Part shown: positions 59,626-64,000 of the stretch, one piece after another | Layout of the letters: the number at the start of each line of letters is the position of its first letter | Position numbering within the stretch: the first letter of the stretch is position 1 | NCBI RefSeq assembly: GCF_006345805.1 | Contig: NC_043013.1 | Span: 17,174,001-17,238,000 of the forward strand | DNA from: Octopus sinensis | Lineage: Eukaryota | DNA: 64,000 bases | Reading direction: 5' to 3' | The notes under the pieces: generated by a model | The model's input: the letters and a program-made list of their open reading frames with translations, nothing else | What the model was told of the DNA's origin: nothing | The model's database searches: none | Translations under genes and position numbers: made by a program

Positions 59626-60000
59626 CATCATCATCATTTAACGTACGTTTTCCATGCTGGCATGGGATGGACAGTTCGACTGGGGTCTGGAAACTAGGAG
59701 GCTGCACCAGGTCCCAATCTGATCTGGCTATATTTCTATAGCTGGATGCCCTTCCTAACATCCAGGCATCCAGCCGTAAAAGCCATGCCAAAACTGACCT
59801 CACCTCTGCTGGTGCCATATAAAAAGCACTCAATCCACTCTGTGGGGTTGTTGATGTTAGGAAGGGCATCCAGCCATAAAAACCATGCCAAAACAGACAC
59901 AGAAGCCTGGTGTAGTCTTTCTACCAGGCCAGTTCCTGTCAAACTGTCCAACTTATGCCTGCATAGAAGGCAGACAGTAAATGATGATGATGATGATGTA
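59626..60000. mobile_element. Two family C copies in inverted (head-to-head) arrangement
   Basis: (CAT)n at the left end, (GAT)n at the right end; the core gatgcccttcctaac / gttaggaagggcatc is present in both orientations. Confidence 0.8.
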
Positions 60001-60048
60001 CATTAAGACTCCTTAATTTTGACCTTTACTCCTTTATTTCTGTTGCAG

Positions 60049-60136
60049 CTCACAGAGCGTTGATTCGTTCCTTGATGCTTTATCTGGAACAACCACTCGA
60101 CCAGATGAAAGTCCTGAAAGTAAACTAGAGAGAGAG
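60049..60136 (+). CDS. PIK3C3: Vps34 coding exon 11 (variable linker)
   Basis: (R)SQSVDSFLDALSGTTTRPDESPESKLERE; tgttgcAG acceptor. The donor GAG|GTATAA gives the phase 0 required by the next exon. Sequence is poorly conserved, so this is supported mainly by phase and size. Confidence 0.75.
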
Positions 60137-60246
60137 GTATAAATTTACCAGTTCCTTCTTTTGTTTTGTTTTTTTTTGCTATTTTGCTTTCTCTTCATAT
60201 GTCTGTTTGTCTGTCTGTTATTCACAATGTTCTCTTCATACTTCGT

Positions 60247-61160
60247 TGTTGAAAGATTCCAACCACCCAACAAGCAGCTAAAGGACTTATTATTTTAAAT
60301 TAAAGAACTGTGAGTGATTGGCAGTTCGTGTTGGTAGCAGTTCACTGTGAGCCTTTGATATAAAGCATTGAGTCTCATGTAACATTAATAGAAGTCCGTC
60401 ATGTATATACTTTCTTCCCCACTGCTTCGTTATATTAAATGTCTAATACAAGGATATAAAAGTGGTGATGAGTTGTTTGAAGCTTGCGTTGGATGTTTAA
60501 AATTTTTTATTTTTTATACAAAACCAAAGGAAAGAAATCATTTACCATGGAGAACTTATTGGCTCCTCTGGTGCAGTTGCAACAGCAATAGCAGCAGCAA
60601 CAGTAACAACAACAACAAAACCAACAGTTGCTGGAATCAGTGTTGAAGGAGTTTGAATATACTTCAGGTTCATAGTCACCAGACAGCATAGCAAACTCAA
60701 TTGGAAAATTCAAATACAACCCAAAAGAAGGTATTACCTTCTCTGCATATTTTCGCAGACACAAAGAAATCTTCAAAGAAGAGTGTAAAAGTTGGTCCAA
60801 AGAGAAAAAAAGCACAACTACTATTAAGAAAGTTATATCCTGACGAATACGAAAAATGTAGTAACTATATTTTGCCAAAGATGCCAGGTGAGATTTGGTT
60901 CAATGAAATAATTAATATTTTATTGAAAGCTTTCACTGAAAGAAGTTCCCTGTTCAATACTCGCTGGCAATGTTTAAATTTAGTCAAAAAAGATGAAGAT
61001 TTTGTCACCTATGCAGGAGTGGTTAACAAACTGAGAGAATTTCAAATTAAGTGAGTTAACCCCTGACATGTTCAAGTGTTTAATTTTTGTTCAAGGACTT
61101 ACTGCAAACAAAGGTGCAGATACACAATCCCAGACATTAACAAAATTAGAACAGGGCCAA
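60247..61160 (+). mobile_element. Ty3/Gypsy LTR-retrotransposon 5' fragment: putative LTR, PBS, degenerate gag
   Basis: TG-starting LTR-like block to about 60450-60460; PBS-like TGGTGATGAG (60463-60472). gag from ATG 60547 reads SIANSI.KF.Y.P.EG.TFSAYFRR...KAQLLLRKL...Y.LPK...F.ER.SLFNTRWQCLNL...ELTPDMFKCLIFVQGL, with stops and frameshifts. Confidence 0.78.
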
Positions 61161-61336
61161 GCAAATCTGCAGTATAGAGCAGAATATTTGCTATAAACTA
61201 TCTTTACACCAAGACAAAGCATGTACATGATAACACTTCCAATGAATTAAGATCAGAAGCCATGAGAGCCACTGTCTGGTATTGCATCAGGGCATTATTA
61301 TTATTTAAGAAAATATATATATATATATATATATAT

Positions 61337-61573
61337 CATCATCATTTAGCGTCCGCTTTCCATGCTAGCATGGGTTGGACGTTCAACTGGGTCTGGGAAG
61401 CCAGAAGGCTGCACCAGGCCCAGTCTGATCTGGCAGTGTTTCTACGGCTGGATGCCCTTCCTAACGCCAACCATTCCGTGAGTAGTGGGTGCTTTTTACG
61501 TGCCACCCGCACAGGTGCCAGATGGGCTGGCAAACGGCCACGGACGGATGGTGCTTTTTACGTGCCACCGACA
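61337..61573 (-). mobile_element. Family C repeat, young copy
   Basis: CpG-retaining copy of the same architecture as 56215-56494. Confidence 0.82.
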
Positions 61574-61831
61574 CTGTAAGAAAAAAATTATATATATATA
61601 TATATATAATACAAAGTAAGATAGGGGTTATGAGGGTAACCCACTATGGGATATCAGTTATCCAATATACTGGAAATTGGAATATCCATAAGTTGATGAT
61701 CGAAATGAATTTGTTCCTCCATTTTCTTATTTGTATATATATATACTTGTCTTTGACTTTCCTCTATAATCTGTTTGATTGAATGATGTTATTGAAATCA
61801 ATTAATTTTTCTTAATTGATTATATTTCCAG

Positions 61832-61899
61832 ATGGATCTTGCCACGTTTCTCATCTCCCGTGCCTGTAACAACAACAAACTAGCCAACTATTTCTATTG
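61832..61899 (+). CDS. PIK3C3: Vps34 coding exon 12
   Basis: MDLATFLISRACNNNKLANYFY(W) matches DLCTFLISRAC...LANYLYW; tttccAG acceptor, TG|GTAAGT donor; 68 bp. Confidence 0.95.
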
Positions 61900-63087
61900 G
61901 TAAGTTTGTGTGTATATATATGTGCTTTTATGTATATATGTATGTGTGTGTATATGCCCACATGCATGCACCTGTGTGTGTGTGTGTTTGTATGTGTCAA
62001 ACTTGATAAGCATTATCAGTTTATGGCTGGACATATATTATCAATGTGAAAAATTGAGTAGGCTTTATCCTCATGAAAACTTGGTCAAATGTGTTCAACA
62101 AATTCTAATATAATTGGAATCTACACCATCTAAAGTGTATTTGTAGAAAATTTCATTAAAAATATCCATTTCACAAATTAGTGGTACACATTTGTGTGTG
62201 TATGCTGATTACTTTAACATAAGTAATACTAAGATTACATTACTATTATATATCTACATTATCGGCTTGCTTCCCTTCACTTTCATTTTGTATGCAACAG
62301 TATTTAATTATATAACTGCATGTTATATATCAACAAACAATACACTTCTTTTGTTTGGTTAGTATCAAAAAGGTGACAATAATGTGAATATGATGGATTC
62401 AGTTTTTCACTACACAAATGTAGATAGAATAAGCGGTATTTACAATTATATCGTGTTTAGTAACACTTGTTTTTGGTGCTTATATATGTTGTGAGTTGAC
62501 AGAGACACTTTCTTGGCTGTCCCATGTTTGACCTGGCAGAACATTGGAGATAAAACAACTAGACCATGATTTGACAGGATCCGATAGGTTCAAGGACTGC
62601 ATTGTGCTCCAGTGTCTGCTTTGACATGGTTTCTACAGCTTGATACCCTTCTCAACACCAACCACTTTACAGTGTGTACTGAGGCTTTTCATCATGCCAC
62701 CAACACTAGTAAGGATGTCATGCAGTTTGTAAGACTATAAATCTCCAAGAATGACAGCTTTAGGCTAGAAGACAAGGGGTTAAAGTATAAGAAAAGGGAC
62801 CAGAGCAGAACAGGTTTTCTGTTGTAAAGGAGATACAAGACTACTCACATTTAAATAAAAAAGAGTGGGAGGGATCAAGTGGTGCTGGAAAGAGATAAAA
62901 ATAACAATAAAGTATTTGGGTGGACCTTCAAGATACAAGGTAAGTAGCAAGGAACAAAGAAACCCTGCTTTCTCTTTCTTAAGAAGGACCAAAACATTAG
63001 AATCTTTAGTTTACATGCATATTCTAACCCCTGACTATCACACATTATTGTTCTTGTTGTCATAAATTTTTGTCTATTTTGTTGAAG

Positions 63088-63196
63088 GTATTTATCAGTG
63101 GAGGTATCAGACCAAGCATCATCTACCAAAGAGGGAGAAACTGAGAACAGCATGTATTTATTCGTCATGAAACGGTTTAGCCATGCACTCATCAAA
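63088..63196 (+). CDS. PIK3C3: Vps34 coding exon 13
   Basis: (W)YLSVEVSDQASSTKEGETENSMYLFVMKRFSHALIK; ttttgttgaAG acceptor, AAA|GTAGGT donor; 109 bp. Confidence 0.92.
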
Positions 63197-63614
63197 GTAG
63201 GTTTTACATTATTTCAGTTCCTGACTTATGTCTGTTTGTCTCTCTTACTCCTTCGTTTTTCTCTCTCTCTATTTATCCATCCCTCTGTTTCCATGTTGGG
63301 AGGAGTTAACCTGGGCTTGGTCAAGTATGAAATTAAGGAAGAAGTACTAGAGGGTATTCTGAATCCAGATGTAACCCTAGGATGGGGTTACATTGAGATG
63401 GTCCAAGGAAGGCTTGATGGGGTCAAGGCAGTTACTATGGTTAGAACCACTTCAAGCTAGAGGTTATATTACCATGGAAACATAACTGCACATTGCTTAC
63501 AAATTATGTGATAGAAGACATTGAAAGATCTATTTCTGTTTGAAATTGTCAATAAGAGTCAGTTACCAATGGATTTTCATTCATCAGTTAAAAATTTTGT
63601 TGTTGTTCTTACAG

Positions 63615-63731
63615 GGAGGCAAAGAATGTCGGTGGCGCCGTGCAATGCTGGCACGCCAGTCTGTGTTTATCGAAGGTCTTGTCAGTCTTGTAAAGATGGT
63701 AGCACGTGAAGGTGGCAACCGGAAAAAAAAG
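63615..63731 (+). CDS. PIK3C3: Vps34 coding exon 14
   Basis: GGKECRWRRAMLARQSVFIEGLVSLVKMVAREGGNRKKK; ttcttacAG acceptor, AAG|GTAAAA donor; 117 bp. Confidence 0.95.
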
Positions 63732-64000
63732 GTAAAAGTTTCATGTTGTTTCATTCCACCACAAATGATAGGATCAAATATAGAATTTGGTAATTTGATA
63801 CTGTCACACAAGATCTAAGATATTAACATCATACATAAACACATATACACCATGAACCATGCTAATAGCTTAGGAGTTTTGTTAGTGAACAGAACATGTC
63901 TGACATCATGTACTTTTGGGCCCATTGAAGCCTCAGACTCCTGTGACAGGACATTAAAGGAGGTAGTTTCAGGAGTTCTCACATGGAAGCCATGGTCCCG

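Larger units (their letters stand above)
11356..63731 (+). other. PIK3C3: PIK3C3/Vps34 gene span, 14 coding exons in window (563 codons), 3'-incomplete
   Basis: All 14 exons join in one open frame (1689 nt) with GT-AG introns. The protein follows the Vps34 C2 domain, helical domain and linker; the kinase domain is not reached. Confidence 0.95.

Noticed and set aside
60120-60125. GTAAAC as the exon 11 donor
   Set aside because: It gives phase 1, incompatible with the phase-0 start of exon 12; the donor at 60137 restores the frame.
60840-60860. CTGACGA-ATAC-GAAA as a hammerhead
   Set aside because: No stem II; it lies inside the gag reading frame (PDEYEK).
11539-62113. Numerous IYIY/CVCV/HTHT-rich ORFs and recurring LQLDALPNAN, RHLPKVP and WASVFYYSL-type ORFs
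   Set aside because: Products of microsatellites and SINE/RTE-tail copies, not genes.

Overview
AT-rich eukaryotic genomic DNA. The repeat content (tRNA-headed SINEs with CORE-like and Nin-like bodies, RTE 3' ends, very dense (AT)n/(ATT)n/(GAT)n microsatellites) points to an Octopus/cephalopod genome; this is an inference. Two conserved genes lie head-to-head. PLRG1 (spliceosomal WD40 protein, minus strand, CDS 3818->2901 + 926->414, 476 aa) has only one coding intron. PIK3C3/Vps34 (plus strand, ATG at 11356) has 14 coding exons in the window, giving 563 codons that cover the C2 domain, helical domain and linker; the kinase domain lies beyond the window end. Introns and the intergenic spacer hold SINE arrays and fossils of RTE, R4/Dong, CR1/L2-group, L1-like, Ty3/Gypsy, mariner, MULE and TTAA-MITE elements, plus minisatellites. 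The most unusual signal is a set of about nine minimal type-I hammerhead-ribozyme-like motifs (CUGANGA..stem II..GAAA..short, mostly palindromic stem III..UH) in PIK3C3 introns. They come from several sequence families, seven are antisense and two sense, and several sit inside foldback structures typical of Penelope-like element terminal repeats or retrozymes. The same introns contain many long inverted repeats (candidate ADAR substrates) and a small ORF with a signal-peptide-like N-terminus. All alignments, identities and foldings were done by eye and need computational confirmation.
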